Part shown: positions 43,331 through 61,530 of the stretch, in pieces
How positions within the stretch are numbered: position 1 is the first letter of the stretch
Layout: each line of letters begins with the position of its first letter
Origin: the human T2T-CHM13v2.0 reference genome, Homo sapiens
Strand: one strand, 5' to 3'
DNA length: 64,000 nt
Assembly: GCF_009914755.1 (NCBI RefSeq)
Contig: NC_060933.1
Translations under genes and position numbers: made by a program
Notes under the pieces: generated by a model
What the model was told of the DNA's origin: nothing
Database searches by the model: none
Seen by the model: the letters and a program-made list of their open reading frames with translations, nothing else

Positions 43331-45887
43331 GATTGCCAGAGATTAAGAGGGGTTGTAATGATAAAAGGATCAAGTCCTGCTAGGAAGATATAATTCTAAA
43401 CTTGCATGTACCTATTATTGAGAGATTTGAATACACCCTATCAGTAATTGGATTGTTCTAATCAAACAAAAAATCAGTAAGAAAATAAATGCTTTGAAAA
43501 ATGCTGTTAATAAATATGACTTTCTTGACATATAGAGAACTACATCCAACAACTGAAAAATACACATCCTTTTTCAGGTGTACTAAACCACTTTCCAAAA
43601 TTGATACTAAGCCAGTCCATAAGTGATCTTTCAACAGAGTTCTGATAGTTGAAGTAATACAGAATATCTTCCCTTAACCACAGTGGAATTCAGCTAGAAA
43701 TCAATAATAAAAATATAACTAAAGAATCTCTAAGTATTTGGAAATTCACCAAAATGCTTTCAAAAGTGGATAAAGGAAGAAATAGAAATGGAGATTTAAA
43801 AATATTTTGAATTGAAAACAAATGGTAATATGACATATTTACAATTTTGGATACAGCTGAAGCTATACCTAGAGAAAAGTTTATAGTCAAACAAACATAT
43901 ATTTTGGAAAAGAAGAAGACTTGAAAATAATGATTTAAGTATCTATCTCAAGAATCTAGAACAGTATCTTCAATCAAATCCCAAAAATGAAGGAAGAAAA
44001 AAAAAAGACAATAGCAGAAATCAATGAAGTAAAAAAACAAATATATTATAGCATGGATCAACAAAGTCAAATGTTGATTCTTTGAAAAGACTATTAAAAT
44101 TGACAAACCTCCAAGGAGAGAGAGAAGCATAAATTCCCAATATCAGGAAGAAAAAGTGGGACATCACTACAGATCCTACAGATATTAAAAGCTAATAAAG
44201 GAATATTTTGAACAATTTTATGCCAATACATTAAAAAATTTAGATGAATGGAAAAATTCTTAAAAACAATACAACCTACCAAAAGAGATATAAGAAATGA
44301 AGTAAAATTTAATTTAACTAGTAAAGAAATTGAATCCTTAATTTAAAATGTTCCTACAAAAGATCTTCAGGCCTGATGGCTTCACTAGTCAATCCTTCCA
44401 AATATTAATGGAAGACTACCGCTTGTCTTTCACGCATTCTTTCAGAGAATGGGAAAAGATGGAATGTTCTCAACTCCATTTGTGGAGACAACATATCCTT
44501 GACATCAAATCTGATAAGGATGTTACACAAAAGAAAAAGTATAAACCAATCTCTCTCATGAACATAAATGTGAAAATTCTAATCAAATATTAACAAATTT
44601 AATCTGGTGAAATAATAAAAGGCTAATACATCATAACCAAGAAAAGTATTGCACAAGGGTAGTTTAGCATTCAATAAATCAAGCAATGAAATTCACTACA
44701 GTAACAGTATAAAGGAGAAAAAACAAGTTGTTATCTATGGGTAATCCAGAAATACAGGAAACTTCCTTAATCTGAAAAGAGAATTTTCAAATTAACCAAC
44801 CAAAGAAACGAAAAATATCTGTAGCAGATATTTTACTCAATAGTGAAATATTGAAATTTTCCTCTGAGATTGGGACTGGAACCAAGCTTCCGCTACCACC
44901 ATACCTTTCCAAACTGTACTGGAGATTTCAGAGGAAATCAAATGAAAGGTGTGAAGATGAGGAAGGAAGGAATAAAAGTATTATTCACAAACTGTATGAT
45001 TATTTGCATAGAAAATCCAAAAGAATATATAAACTATTGGAATTAATAAGTGCATTCAGCAAAGTCACTGAATATAATGTCAAGACAAAAAAAATTGTGT
45101 TTCTCTATATCCTTAACTGACATTTAATAAATTTTAAAGATTTATAATGGTATTTTATATATAATGGTATTTATAATGGTCATTTATAATGGTATTAAAA
45201 TACATAAAGTTTTCCAAAAATAAAGGCATTAAAAGATACGGAAGACACCTTCATAGTAAACTACAAAACCTTGTTTGGAAAAATGGAAGAAGACCCAAAC
45301 AAATAGAAAGATGTTTCATATTCATGAATGGAAGACTCACTTGTGTAAAGATGCTCATTCATCCCCAAGTGTATCTACTTTCAATGGAATTGAAATCAAA
45401 ACCCAGCATACATTTTGTGGAAATTTCTATGCTGATTCTAAAATTTATATGGAAATGTGAAAGGCCAAGAGTAGTAGCCTAGACAATCTTAAAGAAGAAA
45501 CAAAATATTAAGAGTTACTTTACTACATACTAAAATGTGTTATAGAATTACAGTAAGGTAGTGTGGTATTTCCTCAAGAATAGGCACAGGGACCAATGGA
45601 ACAGAGTTAAGAACAGAAACAGACCCGTCTATATGATCCCTTGATTTATGATCAGCTAGTTCTGAAGAGCAATGGAAAAAAGATTTTTTTAAAAAATATG
45701 GTGTTCAATCATTTGGGTCATATGGGGAGAAAAAGAGAAAAAGAAAAGAAACTTACAGTTCTAGGTGGTTTGTAGAGCTGAGTATGAAACATAAAGCAAT
45801 ATACTTTCTAGAAGATAACATATCCACTTTCATGACTATAGGGATAGGTTAAGTGTTCTTTTTTTAAAAAATAAATATATAACTATA

Positions 45888-45932
45888 TTTATTTTGAATA
45901 TTAAATAGTTTTTAAATTACAAGCAATTTATT
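45888..45932 (-). terminator. Tandem polyadenylation signals (AATAAA x2)
   Basis: tttatt on the plus strand at 45888-45893 and 45927-45932. Confidence 0.5.
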
Positions 45933-46261
45933 GAATCACACTATGCATCAATATACAGTAAAAATCTTACAATTTAAAAATGTACACAATTTAAACTGAA
46001 AGTTCATTGACTGTTACATTGCCGTGAACCTTTTTTGCCTGTGTTAAAAGACAGCAGGGAGGCCCGGTGGGTGGGACGGCCCCCTACGTCCTCCTCTGCA
46101 GACAGAATCTGGCGGTGGATCCATACACCAGTCTCATGATCAAGATCCCGCTCGGCCCACGAAGGCCTGAGCTCTTAACCAGCACGCGTCCATGCCGGTC
46201 AAACTGATCTTCACAGGCTGTTGGTAATTCAATACTGTCAACGCATCTTTAAGAATTCCTT

Positions 46262-46632
<371 letters not shown>

Positions 46633-47664
46633 TTAGGAATATTGTTTTGGAGATTTCCATCGGAAGTCACTGCGTACACCCATTCTTTTTTTAAGCTACT
46701 TCTTATAATGCTCATGTTTTGAAACCCCTGTTAACAGAAGCCCAACCTTTGGTGTCTAACCCTTGGTTCACTTCTGAATTTTCAGATGACGGGCTGAGTC
46801 GAGGAAGAGCAGGCGCTGCCTTCCTTCCACCGGGGCCCTGGGGACAGACATGCAGTAGGTCCTTAGCTGTGCAAACACCCTATGGGGAACAGGAAAAAAA
46901 GGAGGGCTTCGGAAAGGCCTTTTACAGCAGCAAGACATACCAAGACTTTTCTTAGATAAACCCATTTCTATAGAAACGATCGGACCTGTACATTTAAAAA
47001 TAGAATGAACGCTGTTTGCAATTAAGCTTGGTCAAGCTTTCTGCACCCTTATGATGAATGGCTTCTCATCCAGACACACGGGCCAAGTCTCAGAAGGATT
47101 TGGGGAGCACTTTTTCTGTGTTGCCCTTTCTGGCTTATTGACAGGGTCATTTGAAAAGACAAATTCGCATCTAGCTAGGAAGGAAATGAAAGCTAGATTA
47201 TTTTTGTCATAGGATTTAAAATGTACAAACTCCACCAAAATAGGACTAATTCAGATTGATTCTGGGTTCCCACTCATAGGAGGCCGGAAAATATTCTAGC
47301 CTTCCCCCACACTATCTAGAGAATGCCACTGATTTATTTCATTGTACAACTTATTAGAACAAGTACGTTTTGAAAACCCACCACTGATAACCAACTTATT
47401 AGTTAAAAAATAACAAAACGAACAACAAAAACCTCAGCTGAACACAGCACGTGCTGACATTTCAAAAATGGGCTGCAATTTTTATTCTACTTAAATTTCC
47501 TGTATATTGCTTGGATTTCAAAAAAGCGTGTTAACCTACATGTTGATTATAAATATAAAATCTCCCCCTTCCATGCAATACCACATTAAGACCCACTATC
47601 CCCCACCCCCAACTCAATGTATAAAATGCTTTTTTGGCAACTAATTGTGAGTGACTCAAAATAA

Positions 47665-48025
<361 letters not shown>

Positions 48026-50191
48026 AAAATCTCAATCCTAGTGGAAAATGGACAGCCCCAAAAGGTCAATAAATGTGCTCGAGGCTGACAATGTGTAAGA
48101 AGACGACAGATTCCATTATCTGCGTGACTTTGGTCATTAAATCTGAACTCTTTAAACCTACAATTGGAAAAAGTAGCATAATCACATCTCATTTCTCCTC
48201 AGCCAAGACTAATCTTAGATGTAAAAGCTGAGAAAACTCAGGAAGTCCCCACAGCAGGAATTCAGAGTCATGACAATTTTGGCAAAATCATCTTCTTATG
48301 CCCTGTTAATTTTTTTTTAAATCCACGCATCCCGAGAGCCGGTGCTCCCCATACAGCCCAGGTGGGCACTGCGTCCACCCCATGACTAGACAGGAGGGGA
48401 CTCTCTCCATCCTGAACTTCTTGCTTTGGAAAGTTATTGCTTAGTATAATAAATGAGCGGAGCGGAGCAGAACTGGCAGCGAAGGTTGTCATTTGCTGTG
48501 CACACTCTGGCAACCTCCACCTGCATTTTGCACTAGGACTCAACTTCCTTCCGTGTACCCCAGGCGGTGAGGCAGCTTCTGACTTGGGCCAGAGCTCCGA
48601 TGTGGGTGGCATCATCTCATCTCACCTGAGAACACATGAACGACTTCTGAGGGGCCGGGGCCCTGCTTCCTGTGTGGGCCATCCTGGGACGCGGGAGCCC
48701 CTCGAGGAAGTGGGGGTGGGAGTTGGGGTGCTGCTGCACACTGACACCGCCTTAGGAAGGCCTCCCTGGTGACTGGAAGCTGGCTGCATGCCAGGAGAAG
48801 CACGCGAGATCTCGGAGGGCAGGGCTGGGCTTCAGAGGGTCTGTGAGACACGGGGAGCCCATGGGACATGCTGGGTATGTGTGCATTTATGCACTTGGCG
48901 TTTTTCTGGGGAAAGGGTCCAAAGCCTTCATCGTTAGGTCCAGAGCTCTAGTTCTAGCACACTCTCCACTTTACAACTGAGCTGAGATGCAGGTCCTCCC
49001 AGCCAAGCCAGTGCAATCAGGGAAGGGGTCTCTGCAGGCAGGGTGGGAGGTGGAGTCGGCAAGGGCTGGGTCAAGGCTTCGGAACTTTTCTCCTGGTTTC
49101 CAGCAACTCCTGTTGGAATACAGTCATCTGCTCAAAGAGGTCGTCTCCAGCAAAAGTCTCATAGCGGCTCCCGGTTTCCTGGACAGACTCGCAATATGGG
49201 AAGTCTGTTGTTTCTCATTTTCTGGATTTCTTTTTCTAGCATTACCTCAAGGAGGTTTCTAAAACCCGTGTCGCAGGCACAGCAGAGTGAGGCTCAAAGC
49301 CACGACCCTTGACGAGGAGGGCCAAATGGCCTCACCGGCACTGCCCGGCCGGGAGACAAGGCAAGGAATTACCCCGCTGGTCTCTCTTTAAGCTGGGTCT
49401 TGTTCGGGAGTATGAATTTATAGCCAGCTGCCTGGTCTTAAGTGCAATTTCTGAAAACAGGCAGAGTGACCAAGCCTTTTCTGGCCGGTGGTGGCCCAAG
49501 GTCCAGTCATCCACACGTGGGGTCTGCTCCCAGACTTCCATCCATTTCCAGGCTGAGTTGGATTGTGCAGGTCAAACGTGCGGCGAGGCAGCTGGGCCAT
49601 CTGCTTTCCTGGCCTCCGCCACCAGCCCCACTAACAAGGGAACCAGCATCTGCTCCACCAAGAAACCATCCTGAGCTCAGTGGCTGCAAACACGAGCAGT
49701 TCTTTAACCCAGGCCTCTGCTGGGCTGGGGAAGGGGAAGGATGTGGCTCACTCCTTGGTGTATCTAGTCCACCGTGGACCCCTCCTAGGCAGCTGGGACA
49801 TGGATGTTGGCGGGGAGGGCCAGCAGTGAGTCTGCAGGCTGCTGCTGCGTGCCCGAGGCCCCAGGCTGGAGGGTGTGTGACTCACCAGCTTGCGAGCCCT
49901 GTGGCTGGCGGCTCCCAAGTGCCAGCAGAGGGATCTCATCCTCTCGGGCCTGCTCCTAGTGGTGATAAAGCCAGGGCAGCCCCCCACGCCTACCCCATCA
50001 GGGCATTTGGGTTGTGTGGCCCAGAGGATGAGGGTGTGTGGCAAAAACTCTGCCTCTCACTCATCTGGCTAATTCTTCCCAAAATAGGACTTTGGATTAT
50101 TCCAGTCCCTGCTCAGTGCCTCCCAGGGCTTCCCAGGGTCTGTGGAATTGGGGGGTCTGAGCCTCTCAGGCTGTGCCCTGCATTGCTCTTT

Positions 50192-53294
<3,103 letters not shown>

Positions 53295-53595
53295 TAGCAC
53301 ACGGGGATGCTCCTGTGGTGACCTTCTCGTCTTTCTCCTCCTGGGGGCAGGGGCACCAGCCAGGGCCAATTTGCATATCTGGGAAGGGTGAAATGGTTGA
53401 GTGAGAAGGCATCACCGTTGGAGGGCGGTTTGAGTAACTAGGACGACTCCAGTGAGCTTCAAGGGCCTGGACAGCTTAGCCGGCCAGGCAAAAGCAGAGG
53501 GGCTGGGGTGTGGGGGATCAGAAGGAAAGGCCCGAGCAAAGCCACAGAGACAAGCGGGTGTAGAATGAGTGCCAGGAGCCAAGGATGGTTCTCGA

Positions 53596-53726
53596 TTTTT
53601 CTTTCTTTCTGAGATGGGGTCTTACTATGTTGCCCAGGCTGGACTCAACCTTCCAGGCTCGAACAATCCTCCCACCTCAGCCTCCAGAGCAGCTGGGACT
53701 CTAGGCATGCACCATGGTGCCCGGCC
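53596..53726 (-). mobile_element. FLAM (free left Alu monomer)
   Basis: ~130-bp monomer; degenerate TSD aaggatggttct/aagggtggctct. Confidence 0.85.
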
Positions 53727-54479
53727 AAGGGTGGCTCTGCTGGGCTGGGGAAGGGGAAGGCCGGCTGGGAGGCTGGTCAGCCAGGTGAGCACAGCCAGGC
53801 ACATGGATCCTGAGGGCGATCGAAAGCCCCCAAGTGTTCTTGCAGGCCTGGGACTGGGCCTCCGGCTTCAGAAGGTAAAGAGGCACTCTTGACTCTATGG
53901 TTGCGCAAATGCCTGAGTTTTTGGCACGACTCCAGAAAAATTGCTCTGGTGCTGGTGGAGAAGGAGCCAAGCCTGGAGCTGGGGAGACAGGCAGTGTCGG
54001 AAGCCACTGCTAGGATCCGGGGGCAAGGACTAATGTGGATGCAAGAAGGGGATGGGGGTCATCCATGGGTTTGGGGTGGTGTGGACAAGGGGTGGTGGAG
54101 GTGAGAAAGACCCTGGGCTCTGGCTTGGGCATGGTGAGAACAGAGGGTCCGCCCACAGAGAGAGGCCCTGGGAGGATCCACACACAGATATGGTGCTTAG
54201 GAGAGGGGGCGAGACGGAGGCAGGGACAAAACCCTCGGCCTGTGCATGTCACCCAGATACCACTCAGGGCATGTCCGTGATAGGAGAGGACCACCGCAGA
54301 CCGGGCCCTGAGGAGAGGCAGTGACAAACCATCCAGAGAAGAAGGCTTTGCAGGGAGACTAGGACTCCACGGAGAGGGAAGGGGCTCTCTGAGATGGGGG
54401 TGGCAGTTCCCAGGAGCAGGGAGCAGCCGCCTGCTCCCCAGGGCACCAGAAACGTGGGGCCGGCAAGCGCCTATCTGCC

Positions 54480-55005
54480 TGTGTTAATCGCGTTTCTTAT
54501 CTTCTGTATTTTGTGATGCTTTGACATCCTGGGGCCTTGCTAATCCTGGAGAGACTGCTCCTCCCATGGCTGGCTAATTCCTAGAGCCAGCAAGCAACGT
54601 GACTACCAACACGCCTTTCATGTACATTCCAACCACTCCAGAGCCTGTGTCCCCAACCGCCTCCTTCATCTGACTCTCACACCCCAAACCAATATTTTCA
54701 CTGCCCTAAATCACCCCAGGGCCAGGTGCCAGGCAACTAGAGACCATCCCTGTAGACCAGAGCCTGCCAAAATTATTCAAACTGCCCAGTCCTACGCTCA
54801 CTGTGACTTGTCTGCACTCTGGGGCACCCTCTCCACTCACTCCTGCTGCCTCCTGACCGACCCTGGTGCCTCCCCGGGTGGCCCTGCATGGCGTGGTGTG
54901 CCCCTCTTTTCTTGGGAGCTGTAATAAACTCTTCTTTCAATGACATTGGCCTCTCTGTATCATCACCTGGTTACCTCCATAAATTAAACCCCAGGTGCCA
55001 TCATG
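54480..55005 (+). mobile_element. MER74-like ERVL LTR
   Basis: tgatgctttgacatcctggggccttgct...ctaattcctagag...aataaa. Confidence 0.75.
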
Positions 55006-57104
55006 AAATAGTACCCAATGCACTCCCTCCTGGGGGTTTAAGCATCTGCCTCTTCCTAATGTGGTTCTCACGGAAGCACAGCCCAGAACCCTCCAGCCGG
55101 GCGAGCACTTTAACAAACGCAACCACACAGATGACAACCCCCAGAATACATGCTGCTGGCCCCAGCCTCCCCTGTGCCTGTCCTCCCACACCCTGCTGGG
55201 AGCCCAGACACTTACTGACTCCTGTTTTTTTTTTTTTTTTTCCTGAGACTTTTGGCCCCAGGATAATGAAGAAATCTATTTACAGTAGCAATATTCAGTC
55301 TGGTGCCTTCTGGAACAAATTAGCCGCAGGAGAATATCTGAGTGGTTTTTTCTGTTTGGAAAGCAGCGCCGCCGATGTGGGAGCGAGTCCTTGGAGGGCC
55401 ATTTCTGATGTTCGGGGTCCCGGATCCACCGCACGAGGCCCTCCTTAGCAGGTCCCACTCCCTGCACCCAGAGGCGGTGGCGGCCTTGGCTTAACAAGCT
55501 CCGTGCCGTAGTTGGCCACAGAGCCGGTGGTGACCCTGAGGTCGCGGGTGCCCAGCCTGAGAGAGCCGGCTTTCGGGTCCCTTTAATTGTGTCCCTTCAA
55601 ACACTCCAGTTCTGAAAGCAAGTTATTTATATCTGCTCCTCAAGGCGGGCCTAGCAAGAGGCTGAGCTGGTGGCCAGCCTCGGCCTCTCTCTGCGGCTGG
55701 CGGTTTGAGCAGAGTTGGGTTTTGAGAACAAAACAAAAGTTTCTTCATTTCAGATGTTCACTAATTCAAACTGGCCCTGGGCCCATGGGTGGTGCATTTC
55801 TGAGGACTTTGTCTGCGACCGGGCTCCCTGCCCCCTCCCAGGGCCTCCCCTTTCATGCGTTGTGGGGTTTGGGGAGCAGCGGCCTTCTCCTGCCTCCGTG
55901 GACAAGCGTGTAATGACAGAGCCACATCTGTGCTGACTCACTGTGCAAACATCTTCCACTGGCCTCACTGCCCCTCCCGGCCTGGCCTCCAGGCCCCCCT
56001 GGGGTTCCTAGACTCAGGCCACGCTTGTGCATCACTAGGCCCGGGACTCAGCGTTCTTAGACGGGGGTCCCAGGGTGCCCCACGTAGACAGCGCCATGGC
56101 CAGCGAACAGGGCAGGCGCTGAGCCAGCTGGCTGCATGGCTCCGGAAGCCTCCCGGATGATCTAAAGTCCAACCTGAGTGGCCCTGCAGCCTGCTGGAGC
56201 CGGGGTTCTCCTGAAAGCAAAGGGTCACCTTGTGTCTGTGCTCAGACCTGGGAGAGGCTGGGCTGGGTGGACGCCATGTTCAAGTGAAGTCACACCCCAT
56301 CCTCCTCCTCTGTTGTTCTCCCAGATGCCCCTGGAACTTTGGACCACCCAGAGGGAGGAATAGCGACCACCGCGAGAAAGCGCTGAAGGGCAAGGTGGGC
56401 AGGTGGGGGACTCAGCACTGGGAGGGCAGGTGCTGCAGGGGACTGGGGTCCCACTGCTCTCATCCCTGCAGCCCCATGGACCCCCCATCCATCCCCTCTT
56501 CTCCACCCCACGGATCTCCCTGGTCAGGAGGTCCCACCCCCACTCTCTCATTCCATTCTTTACCCTGCAGCCAGCAGAGATTACAAGGCTGAGCTATACC
56601 TGGACCTACCTTCGACCCCCACTGGCCACGCTGACCCCCACAACCCTGCCCCGGCCATACTGATCTCCTCATGGGCTTTCCCTCCACCTGGAGAAGCCTC
56701 TCCTGACAGCCCCCACCCCCATCTAGGCTGCTCTGCCCTTCCCAGCTGAACTGAACTCGGCTGGGTTCTGCCAGCTCAGCCCTTGGGGCCTCATGTCACA
56801 GCTCACCCCTCCCTGCGTCACCTGGCCGCCCCTTCTTGCCATGCACCGCCCTTTGGGGACCTTGTCATTTACTCCCTGCAAGCCCGTGTTTCCCTGTGCT
56901 GACCTCGGGACCCGTTGTCCTTGCTCGATGCCTGCGGTCCCTGCTGAGCTGAGGCTCCATCCTCCACCTGCGCCTGGAGTGCCTGGGCGCAGCCAGGCCG
57001 GGTGACAGCACGGCCAGAAGTCATTACAATCACCTGCCCTCCTCTCTCTCTTCCCAGCCCTTCTTGCTTCTCTTCTCTTTTTCTTTGTCTCTTTCTTTCT
57101 CTTT

Positions 57105-57185
57105 TTTGGCTGGTTTCCCTAATGTTTAGCACGGAATGTAACATAAAATGTGCTCCATTCATATTTGTTGAGTGACTGAATCAAT
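57105..57185 (+). mobile_element. L2 3' end
   Basis: tttagcacgg...atatttgttgagtgactgaat. Confidence 0.55.
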
Positions 57186-58126
57186 ACGGGGGCCTCGAGC
57201 ACCTTTGAGGACTCAGCCTTGCATGCAGGAATCATCTCCGAAGTGCCAGGTGCACGCTATGCCCTGGGCCATGCCCGCTCTGCCTCTCTAAGGTCTCCCG
57301 AGGTAGCCCCGGGTCTGTGTGGGAAGCGCTGGCCTGGGCAGGGTCTGCTCTGCATTTTGCCTTCTGAGGTCACCCCAAGGCCAAATGCTGGCTTTACGGT
57401 GATGTCTTGTGGGGTGCTGGGGTTAGGTATCAGTTGGGAACCTTCTCTCTGTCTTTCGGGGCTGGTGGCTGACTTGATGTCCCCTGCCACACCTCCGCTG
57501 GGGCTGCCAGGCAGTGAGGCTGTGTTCCCCGGGCAGCCCAGTGCAGGGCTGGCCACAGAGCCACTACTTCATCTTCCACAGGGACTGAGAAAGGCCTCAC
57601 CTGTCCTGGAAAGTGGTGGCTGCAGGGCCTCATCTGCTGGACGTTTGAGGGTCCCATGAGGGGATGGGAAGAAGGCCGGGGCTTGGAGGAAGCCAGAGAA
57701 GTGCCTTCCCTGGTCTGAATCCTCCAACAGCCCAGAGACTCCGCCCCAGGGAGTCCCAAGGAGCACTCCTCAGGGAGGAGCAATGGCTGGCCCGGCTCAG
57801 GGGTGCTCCTTGCAGGAGTCCAGGGCCCCACTCTGCCCCCAGCAGCACCTGCCCCAGGATGGCAGTCCCAGTGGAGCAGTCCTCAGGGGTCTGCTCCTCC
57901 CCACCCAACACTGTGCAGGCAGAGGTGGTGCAGTGTGAGCCTCTTACCAGCTGGCCCTCTGTGGCCTCCTGTCCTGCCCTCTTCCAGCCACTTCACCCTC
58001 TGGGGGCTGCATGCTGGGTCCTGGAAACCTCTAGGTGCCCTGCCAATGGCCCGGCCTGCACTGCTCCCCTCCCAAGCACCAGCCCCCACGCACCTCCCAC
58101 TCACCTGAGGTCCCGCTCTACTCAGC

Positions 58127-58470
58127 CCGTGGACTGAGTGTCCCTCCCCATGCCGAAGCCTCATCCCCTGTGAGATGGCGTTTGCAGGAGAGGCCTCAGG
58201 GAAATGACTAGGGCAGATGAGGACATGAGGGTGGGGTGCTTGCACCAGGATCGGTGCCCTGGGAAGAAGACACCAGGGTGTCTGCTCCTCCCTCTGGCCC
58301 CGAGAGGACACAGCGGCAGTGAGATCCTGCCAATGGGAAGTGGCCTCATGGGCGCTGGGTCGGCCAACCCCCAAGCTGCTAGTGCCTGAGCTCCCAGAAC
58401 AGTGAGAAATCCATATGTGTGGCTTGGGCCACCCACTCTGGAAATTGGCTATGGCAGCCTGTGCCGACTG
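58127..58470 (+). mobile_element. MLT1A-like LTR
   Basis: gtggactgagtgtcc...ccagaacagtgagaaat...ctatggcagcc. Confidence 0.6.
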
Positions 58471-58914
58471 GGCTCTTATCACCCTGAGCCTGGCTGAAAT
58501 GCCCTCTGCCTGAAGCCTCCCCTTGCCCCAGCTGTTGGGGCCCCTTGTCCTGCACCTGGGGTCACCACCTGCCTGGGAATGGATGACTCGTCTCGCCCTG
58601 TCATGGAGGCCCCCAGGAGAGGTGGGGTCTGTTCTACCCACTGCTGCACCGCGTCCTTAGTTGGCCTGCTGCTGGTCTCCCGGGGGGCAGACCGTGCGGG
58701 GACTTCTGGGGGTGGACTTCAGTGAGAGCGCCTGAGAGTTGCCCCTGGCACCAAGGACAATATCAAGCCAAGGCACTGCCCACCTGGGGCAGACCTGAGT
58801 TCACAGCCCGGCATGGCTGGTCACCAGCCACGTTGTTTATCCTCTCTGGGGTTCTGTTCCATCATCCATAAACCACAGGCCACACTAGGACCTACCTGAC
58901 CAGGGGCTTGCTCC

Positions 58915-60535
58915 TGGAGCTAGGGCTTCCATCTTCTCCTGGCCTTCACCTTGGTGCTCCTGGTTCTCCAGCCTTCAGGCTTGGGCTGAATTAAACACCA
59001 GGGGCTCTCCTGGTTCTGCAGCTTGTAGACCGCAGACTGTGAGACTTCTTGGTCTCCATCATAAATCTCCTCATATATGTGTCTATGTATGTACATATAC
59101 ACACATATACTCATATATACACACATATATACTCATATACACACTTATACTCATATATACACACACATATATGCTCATATATACACACATATTATACTCA
59201 TAGACACATGTATATACTCATATACACACATATTATACTCATATACACATATATGTACTCATATATGCACACATATACTCATATACACACATATATACTC
59301 ACTTATACTTGCACATGTATATACTCATATACACATGCTCATGTATATATACTCATATATACAAGCGCACACATATACCCACATATACACACATATACAC
59401 TCATATATACATGCACATATATACTTATATACACATGCACACATATATACTCATATATGCACACACATTTATATACTCACATATGCACACATATATACTC
59501 ATATATATACACGTGTATGGTATATATACTCATATATACACGTGTATGGTATATATACTCATATATATATACACATATACTCACATATATATGCACACCC
59601 ATATACACTCATATACACGTACACATATATATATTCATATATACACATCCACACATATATACTTATATATACACATGCACATATATACTCACATATACAT
59701 GTGCACATACATACACCACATACATGCACACATATATACTCATATATACACATGTACATATACTGATATACACATCCACATGTATATATACTTATACACA
59801 CACACATACTTACATACACATACACATACACTCATATATACACACATATATACTCATATATACACACACTCATATATACACACACATATACTCATATACA
59901 CATCCACATATACTCATTTATACATGCACACATATATACTCATATACATGTACACATATATACTCATATATACATGCACACACATATACTGATATATTCA
60001 TGTACACATACTCATATATACACACACACTCGTACATGCACACATATATACTCATATATACACACACATATACTCATATATACATGCACACATATATATT
60101 CATTCATACACACACATTATACTCATATATACACACACATATGCTGATATATACATGCACACATATATACTCATATATACATGCACACGCATATATTCGT
60201 ATATACACACACTATATATACACACGTACTCATATATACATGCACATATATGTATACACATATCTAGACACATGTATGTTTATTCATATACACACATCAT
60301 ACTCATATATACACACGTATACTCATATACACACATACTAATATATGTAAACACAGGTGCTCATATATATACACACATACACACATATATATATACACTC
60401 ATATACATATATATGAGAAGAGCCTACTGGAGATACGTATACACACCTAATACACCTCCAATTCCGTAAGCTAATTCCTTGTGAAGTCTTTATATCTGCC
60501 GCTGGTGGTTTCTCTGTTGAATCCTGACCCATACA
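58915..60535 (+). mobile_element. MLT2 LTR 3' part, split by a microsatellite expansion
   Basis: tgctcctggttctccagccttcagg...cagcttgtagaccgcagactgtgagactt before the tract; ggtttctctgttgaatcctgacccataca after it. Confidence 0.75.
59072..60415. repeat. Degenerate (TA/CA)n tract, recurrent motif ACACATATATACTCATAT
   Basis: Visible, ~1.35 kb. Confidence 0.96.
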
Positions 60536-61094
60536 GGGCTTCATGAGGAGATGGGATGAATCACCAAGCTCACACTCCATCCAGCAAGTGCTGCTGAGCC
60601 AGCCCCTGTACTCATCACACGTGGCAGGTGGCACGAGGCTCCAGGTGGCCCCGCTGAGTGACATCAGATGTGCACAGTCACCACTTACCCGCTGCGTGCC
60701 TATGAAGCACTGTGCGGTTTCGGCACCCCAGCCCCAGCTCTCAGCAGACACAGGCCGGGGCCCAGGACCTGGCGTGCCTGGTGTTTGAGTGTTTTCACTG
60801 TGGACTCGCCTCAGAGCCTCGGTTTTGTCCACCTGTAAACTGAGGACAGCAAGGTCTACCTGACGGGCCAGCAGAGAGGGTACAATCAGTTTCTGAACCT
60901 AGGAGGCACCAGACACACCATGGGTGGGCAAGTGTCTTCTTTCTCCAGGGCTCCGGGTTCTATGCCTGGGCCGCAGTGTCTGTCTTCACCGGTTTAGGAT
61001 TCTAACGCTTCCCCTGTACGTTAACGGAGGCCCCACAAGCAGGGTGAAAACCCCAAATGCAGGGCCGCAAAGTGACCAGGGTATGTTAGACTCA

Positions 61095-61140
61095 GGGTCA
61101 CTGTGGACAGCTGTGCAGGTTGTGTACTGCACAACTCCAG
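61095..61140. mobile_element. MER91-like DNA transposon fragment
   Basis: ctgtgcaggttgtgtactgcacaac. Confidence 0.5.
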
Positions 61141-61399
61141 GGATCTGTCCACACCGTGTGACTTGTATCCTCTAGAGTCATGCAGTGACAGCCTGCTTCT
61201 CTTAAGCAGTGCTCTGCCGAGCCTTCCTACCCTGTCCATCCAGGAGCACGGGGGAGCCAAGGATGGACCCACTGTGCTTCCCACTCAAGGACGTGTTGTC
61301 TCAGCCTCAGTGGCTGCAAGAGAGCTGCACTCTTATTCCACAACCCTTTGTCCTCTCCCTAGTCAGCTTTCTCCCCAGACGGCCAAGATTTACAGAGAA

Positions 61400-61530
61400 A
61401 AATTCTAGACTAAGAATCAGGAAACTGGATACAATCAGAGCCTTGTGGAAGTCATTCCTTGTGTGTGCCTCAGTTTCCTTATCTGTAAAATAAGGGGCAG
61501 ACTGCACTCTCATCTGTGGTCTCTCCTGCT
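61400..61530 (+). mobile_element. MIR
   Basis: tgtgcctcagtttccttatctgtaaaat. Confidence 0.7.

Noticed and set aside
59049-60341. 430-aa His/Tyr/Thr/Ile-rich ORF
   Set aside because: Translation of the TA/CA simple repeat
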